A stretch of 64,000 nucleotides of DNA from an uncultured Planctomycetales bacterium (GCA_964556925.1 CAZKXY010000001.1:2790-66789), one strand, 5' to 3'; counted from the stretch's first letter, positions 45,706 through 55,973 are shown. The notes: generated from the sequence alone by a model not told the origin. Translations and numbers: made by a program.

Positions 45706-46758
45706 ATGCCTGAGCTCCGCAAGGACCCCCTGATCGGCCGGTGGGTGATCATCGCGACGGATCGCGCCAAGCGGCCGGTGGACTTTGTCGCCTCCCATGA
45801 TGAGGCGCTCTCGCCGGACACCTGTCCCTTTTGCGCTGGCCACGAGGGCGAGACCCCCACGGAGATCTTCGCGATCCGCCCGAACGGGGGCAAGGGCAAC
45901 GGGCCGGGCTGGACGGTCCGGGTGATTCCCAGCATCAAGCCGGTCTTGCGCATTGAAGGCCAGCTCAACCGGCATGGGAAGGGGATGTACGACCTCATGG
46001 ATGGCATCGGCGCCCACGAAGTGATCATCGAGACGCCGGACCACATCCCGAACGCGGCGGATCTTCCGGTGGAGCACCTCCACGCGGCGCTCGATGCCTC
46101 GCGGATCCGGATGGTGGACCTGGAGCGGGACCCGCGGTTCCGCTACGTCCTCTGGTTCAAAAACTACGGGTCGGTGGCGGGCGCCGGACGGATCCAGCAC
46201 AGCCGCTCGCAGCTCATCGCCACCCCGGTCACCCCGCTGCGGGTCAAGGAGGAGTTGGTGGGCACGCGCCGGTACTTCGAGGACAAGGAGCGCTGCCTCG
46301 TCTGCGACCTCGCCGCCCAGGAGCGGCAGGCGCGGGTCCGCGTCGTGATCGACACGCCCCATATCCTGGCGCTGTGTCCGTTCGCCTCGCGGTTCCCCTT
46401 CGAGCTGTGGATTGTGCCGAAGCGGCACGGCTGCGATTTCGACAAGCTCTCGCCGGAGGAGCTCAGCGACCTCGCGGCGGTGTTCAAGCAGCTCCTCAGC
46501 CGGCTGAAGGCGGTCCTGAACGACCCGCCGTACAACGCGCTGCTGCACACCGCGCCGTTCCGGGGCCGCCACACCCGGGTCGGCTACTGGAAAACGATCG
46601 AGGATGACTACCACTGGCATTTCGAGCTCATCCCCCGTCTGACCCGCGTGGCCGGCTTCGAGTGGGGCAGCGGCTTCTACATCAACCCCACCCCGCCGGA
46701 AGAGGCGGCGAAGTACCTGCGCGAGGCTGTCATCGAGGAGCCCCTCGCCCATGTCTGA
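45706..46758 (+). CDS. Galactose-1-phosphate uridylyltransferase-family protein (GalT-like HIT nucleotidyltransferase), copy 1
   Basis: CPFCAGHE zinc motif and the active-site HSRSQL (HxHxQ-type). Confidence 0.75.
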   Translation: MPELRKDPLIGRWVIIATDRAKRPVDFVASHDEALSPDTCPFCAGHEGETPTEIFAIRPNGGKGNGPGWTVRVIPSIKPVLRIEGQLNRHGKGMYDLMDGIGAHEVIIETPDHIPNAADLPVEHLHAALDASRIRMVDLERDPRFRYVLWFKNYGSVAGAGRIQHSRSQLIATPVTPLRVKEELVGTRRYFEDKERCLVCDLAAQERQARVRVVIDTPHILALCPFASRFPFELWIVPKRHGCDFDKLSPEELSDLAAVFKQLLSRLKAVLNDPPYNALLHTAPFRGRHTRVGYWKTIEDDYHWHFELIPRLTRVAGFEWGSGFYINPTPPEEAAKYLREAVIEEPLAHV

Positions 46759-47752
46759 GCTGCGGCGCGATCCCATCATCGGCCGGTGGAACATCATCGA
46801 GGCCGACGACCCGGCGGGGCCGGAGGCCTTCGAGGTCGAGACGCACGCGAACAGCGGCGGCAAATGCCCGTTCTGCTTCGGCAACGAGGGCATGACCCCG
46901 CCGGAGATCTACGTCGTCCGGCCGCCGGGCGGCGCTGCGAACGGCCCGGGCTGGAGCCTGCGCGTGGTGGCGAACAAGTTCCCCGCGCTGAAGATCGAGG
47001 GCGACCTCGACCGGCAGGGGATGGGGGTGTACGACTGGTGCAACGGCGTCGGCGCCCACGAAGTGATCGTCGAGACGCCCGACCACAACCGCCAGATGGC
47101 GGACCTCAGCATCGCCGAGCTGACCGAGGTCGTGAAGGCCTTCAAGGCCCGCTCGCTAGACCTGCGCGGGGACAAGCGCCTGAAGTACACGCTCATCTTC
47201 AAGAACTTCGGGCTGTCGGCCGGGGCCTCGCTGGAGCACACGCATTCGCAGCTCATCGCGCTGCCGATCGTGCCGAAGCGGGTCCAGGAGGAGCTGCGGG
47301 GTGCGGAGCGGTATTTCGAGTTCCGCGAGCGCTGCCCGTACTGCGACATGCTCCGCCACGAGCTGCAAGAGCACGAGCGCGTCATCTGCGAAAACCGCAG
47401 CTTCGTGGCGATCTGCCCGTTCATGTCGAGCTTCCCCTTCGAGCTCTGGGTGCTGCCGAAGGAGCACGGGGCCGACTTCGCGCAGCTCGCGCCGGAGCCG
47501 GCGGGGGATTTCGCGCGCATCCTCAAGGAGACGCTGCTGCGGCTGCGGACCGCCCTCCGGGATCCGTCCTACAACTTCATCATCCACTCCGCGCCCATTG
47601 AGCGGCAGGCGCGGGAGGAGTACCACTGGCATCTGGAGCTGATCCCCAAGCTCACCAAGATCGCGGGCTTTGAGTGGGGCACCGGCTTCTACATCAACCC
47701 GACGTCCCCCGAGCAGGCCGCCACGCTGCTCCGGGACATCCAGATCGGCTAA
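46751..47752 (+). CDS. Galactose-1-phosphate uridylyltransferase-family protein (GalT-like), copy 2 (tandem paralog)
   Basis: CPFCFGNE and HTHSQL. Overlaps the copy 1 stop. Confidence 0.75.
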   Translation: MSELRRDPIIGRWNIIEADDPAGPEAFEVETHANSGGKCPFCFGNEGMTPPEIYVVRPPGGAANGPGWSLRVVANKFPALKIEGDLDRQGMGVYDWCNGVGAHEVIVETPDHNRQMADLSIAELTEVVKAFKARSLDLRGDKRLKYTLIFKNFGLSAGASLEHTHSQLIALPIVPKRVQEELRGAERYFEFRERCPYCDMLRHELQEHERVICENRSFVAICPFMSSFPFELWVLPKEHGADFAQLAPEPAGDFARILKETLLRLRTALRDPSYNFIIHSAPIERQAREEYHWHLELIPKLTKIAGFEWGTGFYINPTSPEQAATLLRDIQIG

Positions 47753-47767
47753 CCGATGACACCGTTC

Positions 47768-47842
47768 CGGTGTCAGGCACTTCGCTCCGCCTACAATGGT
47801 GTCAGACACTTTTCAAAGCGGGAAAAGTGTCTGACACCTTTT
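47768..47842. repeat. Family-A element, copy A6 (short spacer), preceded by an A/B hybrid half-site, between galT-like copy 2 and gap
   Basis: GGTGTCAGGCACTTCGC ... GGTGTCAGACACTTTTCAAAGCGGGAAAAGTGTCTGACACCTTTT. Confidence 0.8.
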
Positions 47843-47856
47843 AACGGGAGGATGTG

Positions 47857-48909
47857 ATGGCGATTCGGGTCGGCATTAACGGGTTCGGACGGATCGGGCG
47901 CAACGTCTTCCGCGCCGGCGTCAACCGGGCGGGGATCGAGTTCGTGGCGGTGAACGACCTGCCGACCCCGACGGAGACGCTGGCCCACCTGCTCAAGTAC
48001 GACTCGATCCTGGGCACGTTTCAGGCCGACGTCCGCGCCAGCCAGGACGCCGTGGTCGTCAACGGCAAGCCCCTGAAGGTCTTCACGAGCAAGACCCCGG
48101 CCGAGATCCCCTGGAACGACCTGGGGGTCGAGCTCGTGGTGGAGTCCAGCGGCGTCTTCACCGACAAGGAGCGGGCATCCGGCCACCTCGCCAGGGGGGT
48201 CAAGAAGGTCGTCATCACCGCCCCGGCGAAGAACGAGGACCTCACCATCGTGCTGGGGGTCAACGAGCAGGCCTACGACCCGGCCAAGCACCACGTGCTC
48301 TCCAACGCCTCCTGCACGACCAACTGCGTCGTGCCGATGGCCAAGCTGATCCATGAGCGGTTCACGATCGTGCGCGGGTTCATGACCACGATCCACTCGT
48401 ACACCAACGACCAGCGCCTGCTGGACCTGACGCACAAGGACCTGCGCCGGGCGCGGGCCGCGGCGCTGTCGATGATCCCGAGCACGACCGGGGCGGCCAA
48501 GACGGTCGGGGTGGTGTTCCCGGAGCTCAAGGGGCGCATCGACGGGCTCTCGATCCGGGTGCCGACGCCGAACGTCTCGATCGTCGATCTCTCCTGCCAG
48601 GTGGAGCAGCCGACGACGGCCGAGGCGGTGAACCAGCTCTTCAAGGCCGCCGCCGAGGGGCCCATGAAGGGGATCCTGCAGTACTGCGCCGACCCGCTCG
48701 TCTCGCGGGACTTCAACGGCAACGCGCACTCGTGCATCTTCGACGCCACGATGACGGCGGTGATCGACAGGCAGCTCGTCAAGGCCTTCGGCTGGTACGA
48801 CAACGAGTGGGGCTACTCGAACCGCGTCGTGGACCTCATCGAGTACGTCGCGAAGCGCGGGCTCGGCGCCACCGCAGGCAGCGCGGCCAAGGCTGCAGTT
48901 GGGGCCTAG
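47857..48909 (+). CDS. gap: Glyceraldehyde-3-phosphate dehydrogenase
   Basis: INGFGRIGR and SCTTNC motifs. A GGGAGG Shine-Dalgarno lies 8 nt upstream. Confidence 0.92.
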   Translation: MAIRVGINGFGRIGRNVFRAGVNRAGIEFVAVNDLPTPTETLAHLLKYDSILGTFQADVRASQDAVVVNGKPLKVFTSKTPAEIPWNDLGVELVVESSGVFTDKERASGHLARGVKKVVITAPAKNEDLTIVLGVNEQAYDPAKHHVLSNASCTTNCVVPMAKLIHERFTIVRGFMTTIHSYTNDQRLLDLTHKDLRRARAAALSMIPSTTGAAKTVGVVFPELKGRIDGLSIRVPTPNVSIVDLSCQVEQPTTAEAVNQLFKAAAEGPMKGILQYCADPLVSRDFNGNAHSCIFDATMTAVIDRQLVKAFGWYDNEWGYSNRVVDLIEYVAKRGLGATAGSAAKAAVGA

Positions 48910-48943
48910 CGAGACAGAGAAAGAACGCAGGGTTCTCACCTGG

Positions 48944-50200
<1,257 letters not shown>

Positions 50201-50215
50201 GCGATTGGGTTGCTG

Positions 50216-50989
50216 ATGCGCAAACCGCTCATTGCCGGCAACTGGAAATGCCACACGACGCTCCGGGAGGCCGCGGCGCTGGTCGAGCAGGTGAAGCGCT
50301 CCTGCCAGCTGCCGACGGTGGAGGCGGCGGTCTTCCCCCCGTTTCCCGCGCTGTCGTCGGCGGGCCAGTGGCTGGACGGGTCGACGATCCGCTTGGGCGC
50401 GCAGGACGTGTTCTGGGAGCCGCAGGGCGCGTTTACCGGCGAGGTCTCCCCGCGGATGCTCGTGGATGTCGGCTGCCGGTTCGTGATCATCGGCCACTCG
50501 GAGCGCCGGACGCTCTTCGGGGAGACCGATGAGACGGTGCGCCGCAAGCTCCTCGCCGTCCTGAGGGAGCCGCTGACGCCCATCGTCTGCATCGGCGAAA
50601 CGCTGGCCGAGCGCGATGCCAATCGGACGTTCGACGTCATCACGCGTCAACTGACCGACGGCCTCCAGGGGCTGGCCGGGGAGCAGGCTGGGCAGGTCAT
50701 CGTGGCGTACGAGCCACTCTGGGCCATCGGCACCGGCCGCAACGCGACCCCGGAGCAGGCGCAGGAGGCGCATGCGTTCGTCCGTCAGCGGCTGGCGAAC
50801 GCGTGGGGCAAGGAGACCGCCCAAGCCATTCGGATTCTCTACGGCGGCAGCGTCAACGGGACGAACGCCGAGTCGTTGCTCGCCCAGCCGGATGTGGATG
50901 GGGCGTTGGTGGGCGGCGCCAGCCTGAAGGCCGAGTCGTTCAGCGCGATCGTGAAAGCGGCTGCAGAAGCCAAAACCGTGAGGCGATAA
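50216..50989 (+). CDS. tpiA: Triosephosphate isomerase
   Basis: AGNWK, IGHSERR and AYEPLWAIGTG motifs. Confidence 0.92.
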   Translation: MRKPLIAGNWKCHTTLREAAALVEQVKRSCQLPTVEAAVFPPFPALSSAGQWLDGSTIRLGAQDVFWEPQGAFTGEVSPRMLVDVGCRFVIIGHSERRTLFGETDETVRRKLLAVLREPLTPIVCIGETLAERDANRTFDVITRQLTDGLQGLAGEQAGQVIVAYEPLWAIGTGRNATPEQAQEAHAFVRQRLANAWGKETAQAIRILYGGSVNGTNAESLLAQPDVDGALVGGASLKAESFSAIVKAAAEAKTVRR

Positions 50990-50992
50990 CCG

Positions 50993-51376
50993 ATGTTTGT
51001 CTTCCTCCTCGTCATTCATGTGCTGGTGGCCCTGTTCCTGATCGGCGTCATCCTCATCCAAGGGGGTCGGGGCGGGCTCGGCGAGGCCTTGGGCGGGGCG
51101 GCGGCGCAGTCGCTCTTCGGCGGCGGCGCCAACCTCGTCATGGCGCGAGTCACCACGGCGGCCGCGGCGCTGTTCATGGTCACCTGCCTCTCGCTGGCGG
51201 CGATTTCCACGGCCCGCGGCCGGTCGGTGATCGAGCAGCTGCCGGCGTCGGTCGACCAATTGCCGTTGACGTTGCCGGGGGAGCCCGTGCAGCCGACCGC
51301 TCCTCCGGCGGTGCCGACGAGCGTCGGGGAAGCCGAAACCGCACCTTCCCAACCCGCTCAGCCCACTCCCCCCTAG
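50993..51376 (+). CDS. secG: Preprotein translocase subunit SecG
   Basis: Small two-TM protein, LLVIHVLVALFLIGVILIQGGRGG, in the typical tpiA-secG arrangement. Confidence 0.85.
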   Translation: MFVFLLVIHVLVALFLIGVILIQGGRGGLGEALGGAAAQSLFGGGANLVMARVTTAAAALFMVTCLSLAAISTARGRSVIEQLPASVDQLPLTLPGEPVQPTAPPAVPTSVGEAETAPSQPAQPTPP

Positions 51377-51390
51377 GCCTCCCAAAGGGC

Positions 51391-51452
51391 AAAAGGTGTC
51401 AGACACCTTCTTCGCTGCGAGACGACCGCTCAACAGGTGTCTGACACCTTTT
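51391..51452. repeat. Family-A element, copy A7 (long spacer), between secG and the peptide-binding protein
   Basis: AAAAGGTGTCAGACACCTTCTTCGCTGCGAGACGACCGCTCAACAGGTGTCTGACACCTTTT. Confidence 0.85.
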
Positions 51453-53042
51453 GTTGTTGTGGCGGCGCTGGCGCTCCTTGCCCCCGCGCTTCGCGCCACG
51501 CCCCCTGCCGAGCCGGTGACCGGCGATGCGCTGGTCGACGGCGCTATCGGCGACGCGAGCCGGCTGCTGCCCCTCCTGGCGACCGACAGCGCCTCCGGCA
51601 CCATCGTCTCGCTGCTCTTCAACGGCCTCGTGAAATACAACGAGCGGCTCGAGATCGTCGGCGATCTGGCCGAGTCGTGGGCCGTCAGCGACGGGGGCCT
51701 GACGATCACCTTCGTCCTGCGCCCGAACGCCCGCTGGCATGACGGGGCTCCGGTGACGGCGGAGGATGTCCGCTTCACCTACGAGAAGCTCATCGATCCT
51801 GCCGTGCGCACGCCGTATGCCAGCAGCTATGAGCGCATCCAGTCGGTCGAGGTGCTGGATGCGCACACCGTCCGCGTCCGGTATCGGGAGCCGTTCGCGC
51901 CAGCGCTCGAAAGCTGGATGATGGGGATCATGCCCAAGCACCTCCTGCAGGGCGAGGACCTCAACACGACCCCGTGGCTCCGCCGCCCGGTCGGCCACGG
52001 CCCCTATCGGTTCGTCCGGTGGAAGACCGGCGAGCTGATCGAGCTTTCCGCCAACCCGGACTACTTCGAGCACCGCCCCTTCCTCGACCGCTACCTCTAC
52101 CGGGTCATCCCGGACGCCGCGACGATGTTCTTGGAGCTGTTGACCGGCGGCATCGATCAGACCGGCTTGACCCCTCTGCAGTACGCCCGGCAGACGGGCG
52201 GCGAGCGGTTTGCGCGCGCCTACCGGAAATTTCGCTACCCCTCCTTCGGCTTCACGTACCTCGGCTACAACCTCCAGGATCCGCGGTTCGCGGACCTCCG
52301 CGTGCGCCGCGCGATCGACCGCGCGATCGACAAGCAGGCGATCCTCGACAACGTGCTGTACGGGCTAGGGGCTGTGGCCACCGGCCCGTACCCCGAAGAG
52401 TCCTGGGCGCACAACCCCGAGGTGCGGCCCGCGCCCTGCGACCTGCAGGCCGCCGCGGCGCTCTTGGCGCAGGCCGGCTGGAGCGACCATGACGGCGACG
52501 GCTGGCTCGACCGGGAGGGGGCGCCGTTCCGCTTCACCGTGATCACGAACCAGGGCAACGACGTGCGCCGCCAGGTGGCGGAGATCGTCCAACAGCAGCT
52601 GGCGAAGCTGGGCATCGACGTGACGATCCGGATCATCGAGTGGGCCACGTTCGTGCACGAGTTCATCGACAAGCGCCGGTTCGAGGCGGTGCTGCTCGGC
52701 TGGGGCCTGTCGCGCGATCCGGACCTGTACGATCTGTTCCACTCCTCCAAGACGAAGGAAGGGGAGTACAACTTCGTCGGCTATGCCAACCCTGAGGTGG
52801 ACCGGCTGCTGGAGGAGGGCCGTCGCACGTTCGATCAGGCCGCGCGGCAGCGGATCTACCGGGAGGTCCACCGCCGGCTGGCCGAGGACCAGCCCTACAC
52901 GTTTCTCTTCGTCGCGGATGCGCTGCCGGTGGTGGCCTCGCGGGTGCGCAACGTCAGGGCCAGCCCCGCCGGCATCGGCTACAACGTCATCGAGTGGTAC
53001 GTCCCGCTGCCCGAGCAGCGCTACAAGCGGCTGGCCCAATAA
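51396..53042 (+). CDS. ABC transporter substrate-binding protein, family 5 (Opp/Dpp/Nik-type peptide/nickel binding)
   Basis: SBP_bac_5 architecture. The start is uncertain. A GTG at 51396 lies inside repeat A7 and would give a canonical signal peptide whose Arg-rich n-region is repeat-encoded. An alternative GTG is at 51459. Confidence 0.75.
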   Translation: MSDTFFAARRPLNRCLTPFVVVAALALLAPALRATPPAEPVTGDALVDGAIGDASRLLPLLATDSASGTIVSLLFNGLVKYNERLEIVGDLAESWAVSDGGLTITFVLRPNARWHDGAPVTAEDVRFTYEKLIDPAVRTPYASSYERIQSVEVLDAHTVRVRYREPFAPALESWMMGIMPKHLLQGEDLNTTPWLRRPVGHGPYRFVRWKTGELIELSANPDYFEHRPFLDRYLYRVIPDAATMFLELLTGGIDQTGLTPLQYARQTGGERFARAYRKFRYPSFGFTYLGYNLQDPRFADLRVRRAIDRAIDKQAILDNVLYGLGAVATGPYPEESWAHNPEVRPAPCDLQAAAALLAQAGWSDHDGDGWLDREGAPFRFTVITNQGNDVRRQVAEIVQQQLAKLGIDVTIRIIEWATFVHEFIDKRRFEAVLLGWGLSRDPDLYDLFHSSKTKEGEYNFVGYANPEVDRLLEEGRRTFDQAARQRIYREVHRRLAEDQPYTFLFVADALPVVASRVRNVRASPAGIGYNVIEWYVPLPEQRYKRLAQ

Positions 53043-53230
53043 TGGTACCGGGTCTTGCTCTGTCGAACAGCCACGGTTCCAGAGCAAAACGTGTCAGACA
53101 CGTTTCCCGCTGCGAGACGACCGGTCGAAAGGTGTCTGACACCTGTTGCGGTCGTCCCAGCGGCTGTTCGACAGAGCAACCGGGTCTCATTTTTTCCTCC
53201 GAGGACGATAGAAAAATGAGACCCGGTACC
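53043..53230. repeat. Family-A element, copy A8 (long spacer, core about 53087-53150), nested in a larger palindromic intergenic structure that includes an AT-rich 13-bp stem hairpin
   Basis: Core: GTGTCAGACACGTTTCCCGCTGCGAGACGACCGGTCGAAAGGTGTCTGACACCTGTTGCGGTCGTCCCAGCGGCTGTTCGACAGAGC. Outer pair: GGTACCGGGTCTTGCTCTGTCGAACAG / CTGTTCGACAGAGCAACCGGGTCTC ... GAGACCCGGTACC. Inner hairpin: GGGTCTCATTTTT...AAAAATGAGACCC. Confidence 0.8.
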
Positions 53231-53241
53231 AATTTTCCCTT

Positions 53242-54234
53242 TTGCGTGCGATGAGTGGCTATCTTGTGCGTCGCCTCATCGGGCTGGTGCCGGTGCTGCT
53301 GTGGATCACGGTGATTTCGTTCGGGATCATCCACCTCGCGCCGGGCAAGCCCACCGACGCCGCGATGTCGTTCAACCCCAAGGTCTCGCTCGAGGCCCGG
53401 CAGCGCATGGAGCTGCTCTACGGCCTGGACCAGCCGGTGCACGTCCAGTACGTCGCCTGGCTGCGGCGGCTGGCGCGCCTCGACTTTGGGCGGTCGTTCC
53501 TCGATGATCGGCCGGTGACGGCCAAGATCGTCGAGCGGCTGCCGATCACCCTGATGATCAACCTCCTGTCGCTGGCGCTGATCTTGGCGGTTACGATCCC
53601 CCTGGGCGTCGTGGCGGCCGCGCGCCCCCACGGACTGTTCGATCGGCTGACAACGGTCTTCGTCTTCATCGGCTACTCCACGCCCTCGTTCTGGCTGGCG
53701 CTGTTGTGCATGGCCTTCTTCGGGGTGCATCTGCGGTGGCTGCCGGTCTCCGGGATCCACTCGTTGGACCATGAGTCGTTCCCCCTCCTGCGGCAATGGC
53801 TGGATCTCGCGTGGCACCTGGCGCTGCCGGTCGGGATCGCGGCGTTCGTCAGCCTCGCGGGCATGTCCCGCTACGCGCGCGCGAGCATGGTCGACATCCT
53901 GCGCCAGGACTACATCCGCTGCGCCCGCGCCAAGGGGCTTCCGGCCTCGCGGGTGCTGTTCCACCACGGCCTGCGCAACGCGCTGTTGCCCGTCATCACG
54001 ATCCTGGGGCTGTCGCTGCCGGATCTCATCGGCGGCAGCGTGATCGCCGAGACGATCTTCTCGATCCCCGGGATGGGGCGGCTGTTCTACGAGGCGGTGA
54101 TGGCGCGGGACTACCCGGTGGTCATGGCGCTGGTGACGATCGGCGCGGTGCTCACGATGCTCGGCAACCTCCTAGCCGATCTCGCCTACGCGTATGCCGA
54201 CCCGCGCATCCGCGTCGGCCCATCCACCAGCTGA
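53242..54234 (+). CDS. ABC transporter permease (OppB/DppB-like)
   Basis: Six TM helices and the EAA-like loop RCARAKGL. Confidence 0.85.
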   Translation: MRAMSGYLVRRLIGLVPVLLWITVISFGIIHLAPGKPTDAAMSFNPKVSLEARQRMELLYGLDQPVHVQYVAWLRRLARLDFGRSFLDDRPVTAKIVERLPITLMINLLSLALILAVTIPLGVVAAARPHGLFDRLTTVFVFIGYSTPSFWLALLCMAFFGVHLRWLPVSGIHSLDHESFPLLRQWLDLAWHLALPVGIAAFVSLAGMSRYARASMVDILRQDYIRCARAKGLPASRVLFHHGLRNALLPVITILGLSLPDLIGGSVIAETIFSIPGMGRLFYEAVMARDYPVVMALVTIGAVLTMLGNLLADLAYAYADPRIRVGPSTS

Positions 54235-55028
54235 TGGCGAAGAATCGGTTGACGGTGTGTGGCGGGGTGGTGCTGCTGCTATTGGCGCTGGTCGCCGGGG
54301 CGGCGCCGTGGCTGTCGCCCCACGATCCCCTGCAGGTGAACCTGCCGGATGCGCTCCTGCCGCCCTCGGCCGCCTATCCGCTGGGGACCGACCAGCTCGG
54401 CCGGGACGTGCTCAGCCGGCTCCTCTACGGCACCCGCATCTCGCTGCTGATCGGGTTCATCGCGGTCGGAATCGCCGTCGTCATCGGCACCGGCATCGGC
54501 GCGATCGCCGGCTTCTACGGCGGCTGGGTGGATGCGATCCTCATGCGGTTCGTCGATACGATGCTGTCCATCCCGACGATCTTCCTGCTGCTGTCCATCA
54601 TCGCGGTGCTGGGTCCCAGCATCCAGGTCGTCATGGCCGTCATCGGCCTGACGAGCTGGATGGGGGTGGCCCGGCTGGTGCGGGCGGAGCTCCTCAGCCT
54701 CAAGGAGCGGGAGTTCGTCTTGGCGGCGCGCGTGCTGGGCGCGTCGCCGGTGAGGCTCATCACGAGGCACCTGCTGCCCAACGCGATGGCGCCGGTGGTG
54801 GTCAGCGCAACGCTGGGCGTCGGGGGCGCGATCCTGACCGAATCGGTCCTGAGCTACCTGGGGCTCGGGGTGCAGCCGCCGACGCCGAGCTGGGGCAACA
54901 TCCTGAACGAGGGCCGGATCGCGCTGGGGGTGGCGTGGTGGCTGACGGTGAGCCCCGGCGTGTGCATCCTCATGACGGTGCTGGCGTTCAACCTCCTCGG
55001 CGAAGGGCTCCGCGAACGCTACAAATGA
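54234..55028 (+). CDS. ABC transporter permease (OppC/DppC-like)
   Basis: TM topology and the YGTRISLLIG block. TGATG overlap with the upstream gene. Confidence 0.85.
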   Translation: MAKNRLTVCGGVVLLLLALVAGAAPWLSPHDPLQVNLPDALLPPSAAYPLGTDQLGRDVLSRLLYGTRISLLIGFIAVGIAVVIGTGIGAIAGFYGGWVDAILMRFVDTMLSIPTIFLLLSIIAVLGPSIQVVMAVIGLTSWMGVARLVRAELLSLKEREFVLAARVLGASPVRLITRHLLPNAMAPVVVSATLGVGGAILTESVLSYLGLGVQPPTPSWGNILNEGRIALGVAWWLTVSPGVCILMTVLAFNLLGEGLRERYK

Positions 55029-55032
55029 GCGA

Positions 55033-55050
55033 AAAAGTGCCAGGCACTTC
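55033..55050. repeat. Family-B half-site between the OppC-like and OppD-like genes
   Basis: AAAAGTGCCAGGCACTTCGCC, a single arm with no partner within 100 nt. Confidence 0.5.
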
Positions 55051-55060
55051 GCCGCTTGGA

Positions 55061-55852
55061 ATGCCACTGCTAACTGTGGAAAACCTCTCCGTCACCTACC
55101 GGCAGGACGGCGCGCCGGTTCGCGCGGTGGACGGGGTGAGCTTTGCCATCGAGCCGGGCGAGGTGCTTGCGCTGGTGGGCGAATCCGGCTCGGGGAAGAG
55201 CAGCGTCGCGCTGGCGCTGGCTCGGCTGCTGCCCCCGATGGCGTCGGTGTCCGGGCGGGTGATGCTGAGCGAGGCCGATCTTCTCGACGCGCCCGAAGCG
55301 ACCCTGCGGGCCATCCGCGGCGGCACGATCGCGTATGTCTTCCAGGATCCGGCTGCGTCGTTGAACCCGGTGCTCACCATCGGGGAGCAGCTGGTCGAAA
55401 TGCTGACCCGGCACACGCCGTTGCGCGGGCGGGACGCGGAGCGGGCGGCCGTGGAGTGGCTGGGCCGCATGGGGATCGCCTCGGCCGCGGAGCGGCTGCA
55501 CGCGTATCCGCACGAGTTTTCCGGCGGCATGCAGCAGCGCGTGTGCCTGGCGATGGCGCTGTGCGCGAGCCCCTCGCTGCTGGTCGCCGATGAGCCGACG
55601 ACGGCGCTCGACGTGACCGTGCAGGTTGCGATCCTGCGGCTGCTCCGGGAGCTGCAGCGGCGCCTAGGGCTGGCGGTGCTGCTGATCTCGCATGACCTGC
55701 TCGTCGTGGAGCGGCTGGCGCACCGGATCGGCATCATGGCCGGCGGCCGGCTGGTCGAGCTGGGGCCGGCCGAGCAGGTGCTGCGCCGGCCCGCGCACGA
55801 CCAGACGAAGCTGCTGCTGCGCGCCCGCGCGGCGATGACGCTGCGCCGATGA
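55061..55852 (+). CDS. ABC transporter ATP-binding protein (OppD/DppD-like)
   Basis: GESGSGKS, FSGGMQQR and LLVADEPTTALD motifs. An upstream in-frame ATG at 55025 would read through half-repeat B3. Confidence 0.85.
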   Translation: MPLLTVENLSVTYRQDGAPVRAVDGVSFAIEPGEVLALVGESGSGKSSVALALARLLPPMASVSGRVMLSEADLLDAPEATLRAIRGGTIAYVFQDPAASLNPVLTIGEQLVEMLTRHTPLRGRDAERAAVEWLGRMGIASAAERLHAYPHEFSGGMQQRVCLAMALCASPSLLVADEPTTALDVTVQVAILRLLRELQRRLGLAVLLISHDLLVVERLAHRIGIMAGGRLVELGPAEQVLRRPAHDQTKLLLRARAAMTLRR

Positions 55853-55858
55853 CCTGGC

Positions 55859-55950
55859 AAACGGTGTCAGACACCTTTCCCGAGGCGAGACGACAGGTCG
55901 AAAGGTGTCTGACACCGTTTGCGGTCGTCCCGACGGGTTTTCGACACAGC
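55859..55950. repeat. Family-A element, copy A9 (long spacer plus a 3' extension shared with A8), between the two ABC ATPase genes
   Basis: AAACGGTGTCAGACACCTTTCCCGAGGCGAGACGACAGGTCGAAAGGTGTCTGACACCGTTTGCGGTCGTCCCGACGGGTTTTCGACACAGC. Confidence 0.85.
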
Positions 55951-55973
55951 AAGGTGAGATGAAATCGTGAGCG

